Shown in pieces: positions 9,823 through 18,592 of a stretch of DNA of 64,000 nt. The stretch is from Patescibacteria group bacterium. Lineage in GTDB: Bacteria > Patescibacteriota > Patescibacteriia > UBA2591 > UBA4787. The stretch is taken from positions 210,816 through 274,815 of the forward strand of contig JAQUSN010000002.1 of assembly GCA_028715115.1 (NCBI GenBank). Reading direction: 5' to 3'. Positions within the stretch are counted from its first letter, which is position 1; each line of letters opens with the position of its first letter. The notes below the pieces were generated by a model, which saw only the letters and a list, made by a program, of their open reading frames with translations, searched no databases and was not told where the DNA came from. A program made the position numbers and the translations under genes.

Positions 9823-9851
9823 GGTAAAAATATGCTATATTTATATCATAA
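9823..9851 (+). promoter_or_regulatory. Promoter TTGACAAAAGGGTAAAAATATGCTATATT (cassette d).
   Basis: -35 TTGACA, 17 nt spacer, -10 TATATT. Nearly the same sequence as the promoter at 13285. Confidence 0.5.
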
Positions 9852-9867
9852 CCAAGGAGGCCTATAA

Positions 9868-10044
9868 ATGTTCGGATTCGGAAGCATCGGCGAATTGCTC
9901 AATGACCCCGCTGGTCCGATCTACTGCGGATTCATCCTGCTGGGTATAACGGTGATACTGGCAATCCCGGGACTGTTCATAGCGGCAATGCTGGACACAA
10001 GACGGGCGAAGAAAGAAGAAGAGGCAAAGGGTAGAGCCTCTTAA
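9868..10044 (+). CDS. Small membrane peptide of 58 aa (MFGFGSIGELLNDPAGPIYCGFILLGITVILAIPGLFIAAMLDTRRAKKEEEAKGRAS).
   Basis: AAGGAGG ribosome-binding site 7 nt upstream. One TM helix and a charged C-terminus. GC-rich. Confidence 0.5.
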   Translation: MFGFGSIGELLNDPAGPIYCGFILLGITVILAIPGLFIAAMLDTRRAKKEEEAKGRAS

Positions 10045-10127
10045 ACCAACCACGGAGGACTTGTTCTAGGTCCACCTCAACAGGTCGGTTCTGTAAAGGA
10101 GCCACTCGTAGGTGGGCCTTTGCTTTT

Positions 10128-10200
10128 ATACAAAAAGACGAGATTGTTCTCGCCTTGTTTTTTATATAAAAAGACGAGTGTTCTTGCTCGTCTTTTTATA
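10128..10200 (+). terminator. Tandem terminators of the 'AAAAAGACGAG..CTCG' family.
   Basis: AAGACGAG TGTTCTT GCTCGTCTT perfect hairpin followed by TTTTAT. An upstream partial copy is GACGAGATTGTTCTCGCC. Confidence 0.6.
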
Positions 10201-10217
10201 TCTTTAAAATCTCTCTA

Positions 10218-10595
10218 TTAATCTGCCTTATTCTCTGTTGTTATTAATGCTACTTTTGGGCTTGAACCATACTTATTATCGCCAGGTTGACTATTTTTTA
10301 AAGCAAAGATAGCTAAAATAATAGCTCCGATAAAAGGAATCAAGCCAAGAAGCAGCCACCAACCGCTAAAATTAATATCATGAAGCCTGCGCGCACCCAC
10401 CGCTAAACTCGGCGTTAACACTGCTAAACCATACAAAAGATTAATTATTCTATCTTTATCGCCTATTATAGCTGCGATGATGCCGAGCAAAACACCGATA
10501 ATAAAATTCCACAGAACAAAATTCCAATACTCCTTTCTGCTCGCGCGACCGCTAAAACCCAGATAATTCCTAATGACCATTAGGTAATATTTCAT
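10218..10595 (-). CDS. DUF805 family membrane protein.
   Basis: GRASRKEYW..RRLHD motifs typical of DUF805. Confidence 0.7.
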   Translation of the reverse strand: MKYYLMVIRNYLGFSGRASRKEYWNFVLWNFIIGVLLGIIAAIIGDKDRIINLLYGLAVLTPSLAVGARRLHDINFSGWWLLLGLIPFIGAIILAIFALKNSQPGDNKYGSSPKVALITTENKAD

Positions 10596-10627
10596 AAATT
10601 TTTATTTTTACAGATTAAGATATTTTA

Positions 10628-12868
10628 TTATTTTCTAAAACCATGAATAATGTTTTGCCAAACGGGAGCTAGTCGAGTATTCACAAAACCCGTAACAGTA
10701 ATATTGCCAATAATTGGTTGTGCTACTGAACCTATGCTGGCGACACCAAATTTACGTAAGAAAGAACTCCAAAGAGAACCAGAGCTGCCGGTCAAACCAG
10801 AAATGGGCAATGGCGTAATTTCTGTTGGCGGGGTTGATGGTAAAGGAACAATCTCCTCTGGTATGGTCGGGGTCGGAGTCGGAACTGGCGCTGGGGTTGG
10901 AATAACTGGCGGAATAATTACGGGTTGAATAATTTCTTCACCTAAAGTAGTAAAACAATATTCTGGGCTAACAGTTATGGGACTGCGAGAAACAACTCTA
11001 TAACAATAAACAGTTGAAGGTAATAAATTATATAATGACACTGAATGGAAAAGAACAGCCGGACTAACATTATATTCAGGGGTGGCGTAGACATACCCAA
11101 GTTTTGGCGGATTATCTGAAACCTGACTTAAATCAAGAAGATGTGGCTCATTCTCTTGAGAATAAATAATATAGCTTGTTGCCAAAAGATTAGTATACCA
11201 AGTAAACGCAGCACTACTTTCTGAACGTGAAACTAGTTTTTCATTATAAATTACTAGTGGCACACCACCACCACCTCCTCCTCCACCTCCTCCGCAAGAT
11301 TGTGTATTACAAACTAGACTTGAATCACCTTCGCAATTTTTTCCGCCATTAGCCGGCGCAGGATTAGTGCAAGTTCTTGTTTTGGTCCCACCACCGCAAC
11401 TTACAGAACAAGCACTCCAATCCGACCAACCGCCATCTATTGGCGTGGGCGGCGGAGCTGCCTGGATATCGTTATTAGTAATGGTACAACTTTTGTTGTC
11501 ACCGATAGCTAAAGTAATAACACCATCAGCATCACAATCTCCGCTAAAAGTTGCCGTATAACCACTCGGGCCTTGTTCAGAAACAAGGTAAGTCCCTACT
11601 GGAAAATTATTTGTTTCACCGCTAACAACCTGAGTTTCGCCAACATAAAGAGAAAAGTCGCTAACTTGAGAGGTACCGCCATCGTCATTAATAACCACCT
11701 TGGTAACCGTAAGCGCAGCGCAGTCTGGCGAATATGGAGTAATTTTTATTGGTTCATCAGTAAACTTAAATGTAAAAACAGATTTATCTACATGTCTCTC
11801 GGCAAAAAATATTTGAATAAGATGAGGGCCAGCGGTTAAATGTACAAATCCGTATTTATGTGTTTCACTATGAACCCCTCCGTTATCTATAGCCAAGACT
11901 CCGTCTATATAAACCCAAGAGTCATCATCAGAACCTAAATCATAATAATAGTCAGCTTCTGTTTCGATAGAGGCTACACCAGCCCAAGTCACTCCTAAAT
12001 GAAAATCATGGCCGTAATAAATTTCTTCTGCTGCCATATCGAAAGGAAAAAAGTTTTTACCAAAATCTACCGAGCTGTCTATTCTTGAAAATCTAAAATA
12101 AGATTGATCATACCAATCAGCAGTCCACGGATCCACATAACTCAACGGATCGCCATGCGTCCGGTCGGGCCATTTAGAAGGAGGCAAATTCATGTCCTTG
12201 TGGTGAATAGAATAATTAAAATACTCGCCATACCAACCGCTACCAACTATATCTGGACAAGTTAATTGTTCTAATTCACACGTAGCAGAACATCCATCTC
12301 CGTTAATATTATTATGGTCATCGCATTCTTCGCCATCATCTTTTACTCCGTCACCACACGTAGACAAAACAGGAGCCAAAGATAATGGAGCTAAAAATAA
12401 ATTTATTGGACTATCGTCATTAGTAATAGTACAAACCTTTGATTCGCCTGCTTTTAATAATATATTGCCATTTGAGTCGCAATCACCGCTAAAAGTTGCC
12501 GTATAACCGCTCGGGCCTTGTTCAGAAACAAGGTAAGTCCCTACTGGAAAATTATTTGTTTCACCGCTAACAACCTGGGTTTCGCCAACATAAAGAGAAA
12601 AGTCATCAACCTGAGAAACGCCGCCATCGTCATTAATAACCACTTTTACGATTTTGATTGAAGCTAATTCATTATCAGAATTATTAGGAGCCGATAAAAT
12701 AACGTCCGTGGATGTAGTAGATGCATTGGAGCTAAAGATATCGGCTAATAATTCTTCGGCTGAAACATAATCAAAAGACATAACCGACGATATCATTATC
12801 ATTAAACTAATCAGAAAAACTTTACCCTTGTGTTTGTGATTAATGAGTTTTAATAGAATGTTTTTCAT
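10628..12868 (-). CDS. Large secreted multidomain surface protein: signal peptide, two copies of a roughly 60 aa Ig-like repeat, a Myxococcus-type Cys-rich repeat, a PA14-like domain, a thrombospondin type-1 repeat, a poly-Gly linker, an FN3-like region and a Pro/Thr-rich C-terminal tail.
   Basis: [19 protein letters not shown] (Cys-rich repeat). [20 protein letters not shown] (TSP1 consensus WSxWSxCSxTCGxG). PA14-like [16 protein letters not shown] region. GGGGGGGGGG linker. Confidence 0.7.
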   Translation of the reverse strand: MKNILLKLINHKHKGKVFLISLMIMISSVMSFDYVSAEELLADIFSSNASTTSTDVILSAPNNSDNELASIKIVKVVINDDGGVSQVDDFSLYVGETQVVSGETNNFPVGTYLVSEQGPSGYTATFSGDCDSNGNILLKAGESKVCTITNDDSPINLFLAPLSLAPVLSTCGDGVKDDGEECDDHNNINGDGCSATCELEQLTCPDIVGSGWYGEYFNYSIHHKDMNLPPSKWPDRTHGDPLSYVDPWTADWYDQSYFRFSRIDSSVDFGKNFFPFDMAAEEIYYGHDFHLGVTWAGVASIETEADYYYDLGSDDDSWVYIDGVLAIDNGGVHSETHKYGFVHLTAGPHLIQIFFAERHVDKSVFTFKFTDEPIKITPYSPDCAALTVTKVVINDDGGTSQVSDFSLYVGETQVVSGETNNFPVGTYLVSEQGPSGYTATFSGDCDADGVITLAIGDNKSCTITNNDIQAAPPPTPIDGGWSDWSACSVSCGGGTKTRTCTNPAPANGGKNCEGDSSLVCNTQSCGGGGGGGGGGVPLVIYNEKLVSRSESSAAFTWYTNLLATSYIIYSQENEPHLLDLSQVSDNPPKLGYVYATPEYNVSPAVLFHSVSLYNLLPSTVYCYRVVSRSPITVSPEYCFTTLGEEIIQPVIIPPVIPTPAPVPTPTPTIPEEIVPLPSTPPTEITPLPISGLTGSSGSLWSSFLRKFGVASIGSVAQPIIGNITVTGFVNTRLAPVWQNIIHGFRK
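11536..11698. repeat. Intragenic direct repeat, copy 1. About 163 bp, nearly identical to 12480..12643.
   Basis: The DNA is almost identical, with only a few mismatches, and encodes the duplicated Ig-like repeat. Confidence 0.7.
12480..12643. repeat. Intragenic direct repeat, copy 2.
   Basis: See copy 1. The two copies are 944 bp apart. Confidence 0.7.
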
Positions 12869-13284
12869 AAAAACGTTTTTATTTTACTTGTTTAGATATT
12901 AAGATTAAATGCTTAAATTATTTTTTGTATAAATAAAAGATGACCCTAAATAATAAAAGGCTCATTTATTTCTCGGTTCCAAATTATAGTGCAACACCGT
13001 CCAGCCTCCGTTTCGATTATAAAAAACCAGGACAAGCGCTGCCTTTTTGTCTACATTTTGTCAGCATTCAAAGCGCTATCTACTGTCATATTTTAAATAT
13101 TATTAAAATATGATTAACAGAGTATAAAACGCTTCTATTGCTTATAATACAAGAGGACGCTTTAGAGGTCCTCCTGTATATTAAATATATAATTATATCA
13201 TTAATTGTCAAGGCAGGTTTATCCACAAACACAAATATATGCATTAAAATAAGAGCATTTGCGCATCTATTCAATAATTTACTC

Positions 13285-13313
13285 TTGACAAAATTATAAA
13301 ATATGCTAATCTA
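13285..13313 (+). promoter_or_regulatory. Promoter TTGACAAAATTATAAAATATGCTAATCT (cassette e, first unit).
   Basis: Close match to the promoter at 9823. Confidence 0.45.
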
Positions 13314-13346
13314 TATTCATTGATCGAGGGTCTAAAAAGGAGCTAC

Positions 13347-13409
13347 ATGAAGAAGCTGAAGCCCGATCTTACGTTGATGCACACCCTGTACTGCGCGAGC
13401 GGCGACTGA
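13347..13409 (+). CDS. Possible 20 aa leader peptide (MKKLKPDLTLMHTLYCASGD).
   Basis: Good ribosome-binding site (AAAAAGGAG) 6 nt upstream. Followed by an ORF-free GC-rich region. Confidence 0.25.
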   Translation: MKKLKPDLTLMHTLYCASGD

Positions 13410-13580
13410 TCGCGGACCCGGGCCGGCCCGAACCGGTCGATCCATGGAGGAATAATGAGCGGATTCGTCTAAGAACCAGCCAGGTGCGGGTAAAACCCGC
13501 ACTAGTCCCACAATTAGGGGATGGTTCGAACCGGCGAATACATCCCTGAAGGAGCGTCCTGTGGCGCTCCTTTTCTTTTA
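13410..13580 (+). ncRNA. GC-rich untranslated segment ending in a terminator (AGGAGCG..CGCTCCT + TTTTCTTTT). Candidate small RNA or cis-regulatory leader.
   Basis: No ORF. Internal repeats of 'CGAACCGG'. A terminator hairpin at 13549-13580. Confidence 0.25.
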
Positions 13581-13594
13581 TATTATAGCGTGGC

Positions 13595-13623
13595 TTGACA
13601 AAAAACGAAAAAATAAATAATAT
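13595..13623 (+). promoter_or_regulatory. Promoter TTGACA-N17-TAATAT (cassette e, second unit).
   Basis: The track ORF 13595..14116 begins with the TTG of this -35 box. The true start is more likely 13679. Confidence 0.45.
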
Positions 13624-13678
13624 AAATATGGAGAGTTTATTCTCTTTTTCGCAAAGCACGCAAAACACTGGAGGAACC

Positions 13679-14116
13679 ATGGCAGAAGCAACGATGAGGG
13701 TCAACCGCCCATCGCGGTATCAAGACATCGCCGGGATAGCAATCACTATCCTGATTATGATCTTGGTGGCCTCTCCCGGTCTATACCCGATGATCAAGGG
13801 AGGACTGGTGATGAGCGCCAAGACCTCGGGATGGTTGACTACCACAATTCTTGTCGCGTCCGTGATCGTAGGTGTGATAGCGATGTTTGTCCTGGCCGAA
13901 TGGGATGCCCGTTCCAACAGATTCCCTTTCGCCGCCTGGAAGGTCATCCTCTGTACCTACCTCCTCAACTTCATCGTCTCGCTCACTCTCACCTTTGCCG
14001 CCGCAAGATCACCGGCTCACATCGTCTGCGCAATCGTCGGTGGTCTCTACGTCGGCGTCGTCGCCTTCGTAATGCTGTGTCTGTGGGCTATAGGCAGCAC
14101 CGAGGCGGAGCTCTAG
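13679..14116 (+). CDS. GC-rich polytopic membrane protein (about 145 aa, 4 TM).
   Basis: GGAGG ribosome-binding site 4-5 nt upstream of the ATG at 13679. Hydrophobic segments. Followed by complex terminators. Confidence 0.5.
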   Translation: MAEATMRVNRPSRYQDIAGIAITILIMILVASPGLYPMIKGGLVMSAKTSGWLTTTILVASVIVGVIAMFVLAEWDARSNRFPFAAWKVILCTYLLNFIVSLTLTFAAARSPAHIVCAIVGGLYVGVVAFVMLCLWAIGSTEAEL

Positions 14117-14139
14117 TACGCCCTCGGAGAACAAAATAA

Positions 14140-14240
14140 GTAGGGCTCGCAGAAAGCAAAACCAAATGGGTTTCGCCTACTCGCGAGCCCATTTGATTAT
14201 TATAAAAAGACGAGATTACTCTCGCTTTCTTTTTTTTTGT
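14140..14240 (+). terminator. Nested hairpins plus a copy of the shared 'AAAAAGACGAGATTACTCTCGC' terminator module.
   Basis: GGGCTCGC..GCGAGCCC and AAATGGG..CCCATTT stems, then GACGAGATTACTCTCGC followed by T9. Confidence 0.5.
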
Positions 14241-14246
14241 TTTTTT

Positions 14247-14285
14247 GGGGGGCCCGCCTGTTGACGGACGCAACTAAACTATTAC
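14247..14285 (+). repeat. Degenerate copy of the dispersed TCTGGGGT..ATGCAAG..TTAGAACC element (GGGGGGCCCGCCTGTTGACGGACGCAACTAAACT).
   Basis: Shares the GGGG..CCGCC..TTGACGGA(C/T)GCA core with the copy at 16588. Confidence 0.35.
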
Positions 14286-14313
14286 CAAAATAAACATTAA
14301 TAATTATTTAAAG

Positions 14314-16128
14314 TTATGATTTTATTCCTTTTTGCCTTCTTAGTTCTTCTGTTTCGTCTAAAATTATTTTTCTGATACGTATGTTCTTTGGCGTTACTTC
14401 TACTAATTCATCATCACCAATATACTCCAGGGCATCTTCAAGGTCCATTATTTGCGGAGCGTTAAAATGTTCAGCCGTGCCTTCGCCTCGGGAACGCATA
14501 TTACTAAGCCTCTTCTCTTTACAAACATTAACTCTCATATCTTGAGTGCGACTATTTTGGCCAACCACTTCTCCTTTATAAACCTTTTCACCTGGGCCAT
14601 AAAATAAAATACCGCGACCCTGAGCAATTAATAAACCATACAAACAAGTAATTCCCGATTCATGAGCAACTAATGAACCATGATTTCGTTCAATCTTCTT
14701 GTCAGTCTTTGGCCGATAACCATCAAAAAGAGTGTTCATAATGCCCAGGCCTCGAGTATCTGTTAAAAACCCGCTTCTGAATCCAAAGAGTCCGGCGGTA
14801 GGAACGGTAAACTCAAGATTGGTAATACCGTCTTCTGTTTTCATTTTTAAAAGTTGGCCCTGAACATTGCCAAGTTTTTGAATAATAATACCGGCATATT
14901 GTTCCGGCACATCGATAAAAATCAATTCCCATGGTTCCATCTTCTGACCATTAATTTCTTTTTCAATCACCTGGGGACGCGAAACCTGAAATTCATATCC
15001 TTCACGTCTCATTCTTTCAATTAAAATAGCCAAATGTAATTCTCCTCGTCCAGACACAATCCATTCGCCGGTTTGACTATCTTCAACTCTCAAGGCCATA
15101 TCTGTTTCAAGCTCTTTGTAAAGACGTTCTCTGATTTGACGAGAGGTGCTAAATTGCCCTTCTTTGCCGGCAAAAGGAGAAGAATTAATAGAAAAAATCA
15201 TTTTAACCGTAGGTTCGTCAATTTTTAAAACCGGTAAGGCGGTCGGATTATTAACGTCACTAATTGTTTCACCAATATTGATATCTGAAATCCCGGCTAT
15301 AGCAACAAGATCTCCGGCCTCGACTTTATCAACCTCTACTCTCTCTAGTCCCGAGAAATTCATTAAGCTGGTAAGACGGCAATTTTTAATTTCACCCGTG
15401 CGATTAATGTGGGACACTTCTTGGCCGGCCCTTAAAGTGCCGTTTTGCAACCGACCAATGGCAATACGGCCCTTAAAATTATCATAAGTAGTGGTTGTTA
15501 CTAACATTTGCAGGGTCGCTTGCGAATCAGATTTTGGCGCCGGAATATATTTTTCAATAGCTTCAAAAATGGGAATAATATCTGTCATTTTATCCAAATT
15601 TGCTTGCGTTCCTGCTTTACCTAATTTTGAAGAAGCATAAACTACCGGGAATTCAGCGGTTTCATCGTCAGCCCCAAGTTCTAAAAATAAATCAAAGGTT
15701 TTATCTAAAACAAAATTTGGCCGAGCATCTGGTTTGTCGATTTTATTAATGACCACAATTATTTTATGTTTTGTCTCCAGTGCCTTTTTTAAAACAAATC
15801 TTGTCTGTGGCATCGGACCTTCCTTAGCGTCAACTAGCAAAAGGCATCCATCGGCCATTTTTAAAACACGCTCAACTTCTCCCCCGAAGTCAGCATGACC
15901 GGGAGTGTCGATAATCTTTATCTTCAGATCATGCCACTCTACTGAAGCATTTTTGGAAAAAATAGTAATCCCTCTTTCTCTTTCTAATTCATTACTATCC
16001 ATAATACAAATATTTTGCGCGACTTCTTTTTTTAAGTGAGTTTGCGATTGTCTAAGTAAAGCATCCACGAGCGTTGTTTTGCCGTGGTCTACGTGAGCAA
16101 TGATAGCGACGTTTCTAATTTGTTTCAT
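14314..16128 (-). CDS. typA: Translational GTPase TypA/BipA.
   Basis: AHVDHGKTTL G-domain motif. 604 aa. EF-G-like domain order. Confidence 0.9.
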   Translation of the reverse strand: MKQIRNVAIIAHVDHGKTTLVDALLRQSQTHLKKEVAQNICIMDSNELERERGITIFSKNASVEWHDLKIKIIDTPGHADFGGEVERVLKMADGCLLLVDAKEGPMPQTRFVLKKALETKHKIIVVINKIDKPDARPNFVLDKTFDLFLELGADDETAEFPVVYASSKLGKAGTQANLDKMTDIIPIFEAIEKYIPAPKSDSQATLQMLVTTTTYDNFKGRIAIGRLQNGTLRAGQEVSHINRTGEIKNCRLTSLMNFSGLERVEVDKVEAGDLVAIAGISDINIGETISDVNNPTALPVLKIDEPTVKMIFSINSSPFAGKEGQFSTSRQIRERLYKELETDMALRVEDSQTGEWIVSGRGELHLAILIERMRREGYEFQVSRPQVIEKEINGQKMEPWELIFIDVPEQYAGIIIQKLGNVQGQLLKMKTEDGITNLEFTVPTAGLFGFRSGFLTDTRGLGIMNTLFDGYRPKTDKKIERNHGSLVAHESGITCLYGLLIAQGRGILFYGPGEKVYKGEVVGQNSRTQDMRVNVCKEKRLSNMRSRGEGTAEHFNAPQIMDLEDALEYIGDDELVEVTPKNIRIRKIILDETEELRRQKGIKS

Positions 16129-16257
16129 ATTTTATTTCGCAGCTATAAAATAAAAATCTTCCTGTCCATCAAGAAGATTATTATTCTTCCAGAAATAGCC
16201 TTAATTATTTTAGCTTTTATTATTCTAACAAAAATAGTAAAAATTGTCAACCGTCAT

Positions 16258-16286
16258 CTTGACAAAAGCGCAAAATGTGATAAAAT
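16258..16286 (+). promoter_or_regulatory. Promoter TTGACAAAAGCGCAAAATGTGATAAAAT (cassette f).
   Basis: Family consensus. Confidence 0.5.
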
Positions 16287-16311
16287 GTAAATATTGAACT
16301 CAGGAGGCTTT

Positions 16312-16497
16312 ATGACAAAGATCAGGACTGCAAACTGGATGCTCTGGATAGGATGTACGGCCCTTGTTGTAGGGGTCATCCTCTGCTTCTACACACACCT
16401 AAGCTGGTGGAAGGTGACGATGACTGGGATTGGGGCTGCGTCTTTACTGACGTCCATCTCCCTCGACCCCAGGGTAGCCTTCCCTTTCTTGGGATAG
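16312..16497 (+). CDS. Small membrane peptide of 61 aa (MTKIRTANWMLWIGCTALVVGVILCFYTHLSWWKVTMTGIGAASLLTSISLDPRVAFPFLG).
   Basis: AGGAGG ribosome-binding site 5-6 nt upstream. Two hydrophobic helices. The track ORF 16294..16497 begins at an upstream TTG. Confidence 0.5.
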   Translation: MTKIRTANWMLWIGCTALVVGVILCFYTHLSWWKVTMTGIGAASLLTSISLDPRVAFPFLG

Positions 16498-16585
16498 GCT
16501 CACCAAGAGTCTCCAGCAAATGGGACTCGACGTGAGCCTTTTGCTTTTACAAAAAAAGACGAGATTACTCTCGCCTCTTTTTATC
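16498..16585 (+). terminator. Hairpin GGCTCAC..GTGAGCC followed by TTTTGCTTTT, then the shared 'ACAAAAAAAGACGAGATTACTCTCGCCTCTTTTTAT' module.
   Basis: Same terminator module as at 10128 and 14205. A variant occurs at 27661. Confidence 0.55.
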
Positions 16586-16587
16586 TT

Positions 16588-16655
16588 GAGGAGGCGGCTC
16601 CACTAGTTGACGGATGCAGGGACGCCCGTTTATCGCCGCAGACAGATTATAACCG
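16588..16655 (+). repeat. Copy of the dispersed element (..GGCGGCTCCACTAGTTGACGGATGCAGGGACGCC..CAGACAGATTATAACC).
   Basis: Core ATGCA(A/G)GGACGCC + ..AGATTA(G/T)AACC shared with 17745. Confidence 0.4.
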
Positions 16656-16666
16656 GGATTATAATA

Positions 16667-17110
16667 TTATTTCTCTAACATTTCTTTTAATTTGTCTATA
16701 ACGGCATGTTTCCAAAAACGCATTGCATACCAACCAATTAATGGTTTAGCGAAAATGCGGAGAATAAAACTTTTTAACTCAATATTATAGGTATAATTAA
16801 TTTTCGTCCCCCCTGTAATTTCTTCCATTAAAAATTCTTCATGACCAGAAGTGCCAATGCCACTTTTATTGTCCGAAACATATCCAAGGGGCGGATGCAG
16901 TTGGGTGTCCATCTGTGCTGAAATAGTTCGGCCAAATGTTTTAGCTTTAATCTCCATAATGAGATGATTACCCTCTCGCTTAATAACGCGAATGGATTCG
17001 GCTACCGCTGGAAAATATTTGGGCATATTTTCAAAGTCGCTCATTATTCTATAAATTTCTTCTCGAGAAGCTTTTATAATCCAAGAGGCTTTTAAAATAA
17101 TTGTTTTCAT
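16667..17110 (-). CDS. SRPBCC (polyketide-cyclase/START-like) family protein.
   Basis: 147 aa with an SRPBCC-like pattern. Weak call. Confidence 0.4.
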   Translation of the reverse strand: MKTIILKASWIIKASREEIYRIMSDFENMPKYFPAVAESIRVIKREGNHLIMEIKAKTFGRTISAQMDTQLHPPLGYVSDNKSGIGTSGHEEFLMEEITGGTKINYTYNIELKSFILRIFAKPLIGWYAMRFWKHAVIDKLKEMLEK

Positions 17111-17180
17111 ATAATTATTATATTATAAAAAGAGTCCTTTATCAAGGCTCTTTTTATGTTGAAGTCACCCATCAGATAAT

Positions 17181-17678
17181 TTATAATCCTTGCTTAGTTC
17201 CCTTGGCCCTCTTAATCAGCTGTTCCCTTAATTCTTCAGCAACTTGAATCTTAAGACCAAAAAATCTACCTTCGCTCATGTTTCTGTTATTACCATAAGT
17301 AGAATAGCCGGCTGTTTGAACCTGTAAATCGCTTAGCCCTAACATTCTGCCAAGCAAACCCCGATAAATATCAATATTTTGTATTCTTTCATAGGGAATC
17401 GAAGTATATTTTTTCCAAATAACCCCTTTTTCAACTTTAATAGCGTCATCAGTAAGTTCATAGCGCCAAGAACGATAAAACAATTTCGACCATACAAAAC
17501 ACCAAATAAGACCAACAACAATAACAGCCACTGCCCAAAAAACAAAAGAAGCCAATGAAGTCCATTCCGTTATAATTAGTTTAAGTAAGGCAATGCACAA
17601 TATTACTAACAGAATAAGAAACCGAGAAATGCCCCTGAAGAAAAATAACCAAACCGCCTTAGGGTCTAATTGTTGCAT
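17181..17678 (-). CDS. Membrane protein with a bacterial PH domain (bPH_2/YdbS-like).
   Basis: Two N-terminal TM helices, then YERIQNIDIYRGLLGRMLGLSDLQVQTAG, typical of bPH_2. Confidence 0.55.
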   Translation of the reverse strand: MQQLDPKAVWLFFFRGISRFLILLVILCIALLKLIITEWTSLASFVFWAVAVIVVGLIWCFVWSKLFYRSWRYELTDDAIKVEKGVIWKKYTSIPYERIQNIDIYRGLLGRMLGLSDLQVQTAGYSTYGNNRNMSEGRFFGLKIQVAEELREQLIKRAKGTKQGL

Positions 17679-17744
17679 AATGATAAATAAAATTTATTAT
17701 TAATAAAACCTTAATTCCCAATATACAATAAAATAGTAATAAGT

Positions 17745-17795
17745 CAAGGTGCGGATGCAAGGACGCCTGCCCACTAGCAGGCAGATTAGAACCTA
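17745..17795 (+). repeat. Copy of the dispersed element (GCGGATGCAAGGACGCCTGCCCACTAGCAGGCAGATTAGAACCT).
   Basis: Contains the ATGCAAGGACGC and AGATTAGAACCT blocks. Confidence 0.45.
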
Positions 17796-17868
17796 AGAAT
17801 TGACAAGCTGGAATATAGACTTACTTTTTTAATGATATTTTTATCTGAAATGAGCCACAGACGTTTGT

Positions 17869-18411
17869 CTATGGCTCATCTTCTGTTTCCTCTGTGTGGT
17901 CCACTATTGGGAAAACGCTCAGGATCATCACGCTTAGGACTTTTCTCGGCAACATTAGCGTCACCATCTCGCCCATTGTTTTGCCTAACAGTTGTTGAGC
18001 CAACGGAGAATCAACCGAGGCAAAACAAATCTCTCTTCCTTTAGATTCCCGATAGCGTGGGTTAAAAACCAGATCGGCGGCTCCTACGATCCCGTAAACA
18101 TCCATCTCTTGAGTGTCGATGTCCAGCGTTTTGGCGCACATTCCTGGCCTGACTGTTGGAAGAACTCCGCTTTCGGGCGGCAGGTCTTCGATGAACTTAG
18201 GATCGTGCAGAAATTGCCGAACCGTTGCCAGGTTCTGCATCCGGCTCTTTTGCTGCCGCAGCAGGTTCAACCAATCAGGATTGTCGTGCCAACCACCACC
18301 AGTCTCGTACGATCTCCCAACCTGTCCCGATACTCGCTCTAACTCCTTCATTAGACTTGCGTGTTCTTTTTGAAGGAGCATAAGCGTTTCTCGAAACATT
18401 ATGTTTTCCAT
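17869..18411 (-). CDS. GreA/GreB-family transcription elongation factor-like protein. GC-rich cassette g.
   Basis: C-terminal FKBP-like segment ICFASVDSPLAQQLLGKTMGEMV resembles the GreA 'ISVNSPIARGLIGK..' region. N-terminal coiled coil. AAAGGAGG ribosome-binding site. Confidence 0.6.
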   Translation of the reverse strand: MENIMFRETLMLLQKEHASLMKELERVSGQVGRSYETGGGWHDNPDWLNLLRQQKSRMQNLATVRQFLHDPKFIEDLPPESGVLPTVRPGMCAKTLDIDTQEMDVYGIVGAADLVFNPRYRESKGREICFASVDSPLAQQLLGKTMGEMVTLMLPRKVLSVMILSVFPIVDHTEETEDEP

Positions 18412-18449
18412 TAGACCTCCTTTCTAGACTATAGTAGCTCTCTCTAACA

Positions 18450-18485
18450 CTATTAATATATCATTTTTTTACTTTTTGTCAAGTA
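18450..18485 (-). promoter_or_regulatory. Promoter CTTGACAAAAAGTAAAAAAATGATATATTAAT (minus strand) for the GreA-like gene.
   Basis: Same family consensus as the plus-strand cassettes. Confidence 0.45.
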
Positions 18486-18592
18486 AACAATTTTTAAAGG
18501 AATTAATCCTCTGTTTGGGCTTTTATTTTTTTTAAAAAAAATATCGTCGCGACATAAACGACAGTTAAACTTCACTCTATTATTTTAAATAA

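Noticed and set aside
9862-10053. Minus-strand 63 aa ORF antisense to cassette d.
   Set aside because: No ribosome-binding site or promoter. The plus-strand 58 aa ORF has a consensus promoter, an AAGGAGG ribosome-binding site and a terminator.
13369-14273. Several short ORFs on both strands across the GC-rich cassette e (13369..13704-, 13720..13947-, 13831..14139+, 13887..14072+, 14088..14273-).
   Set aside because: These are overlapping alternative frames typical of GC-rich DNA. Only 13679..14116(+) has a ribosome-binding site, a promoter and a membrane-protein-like composition.
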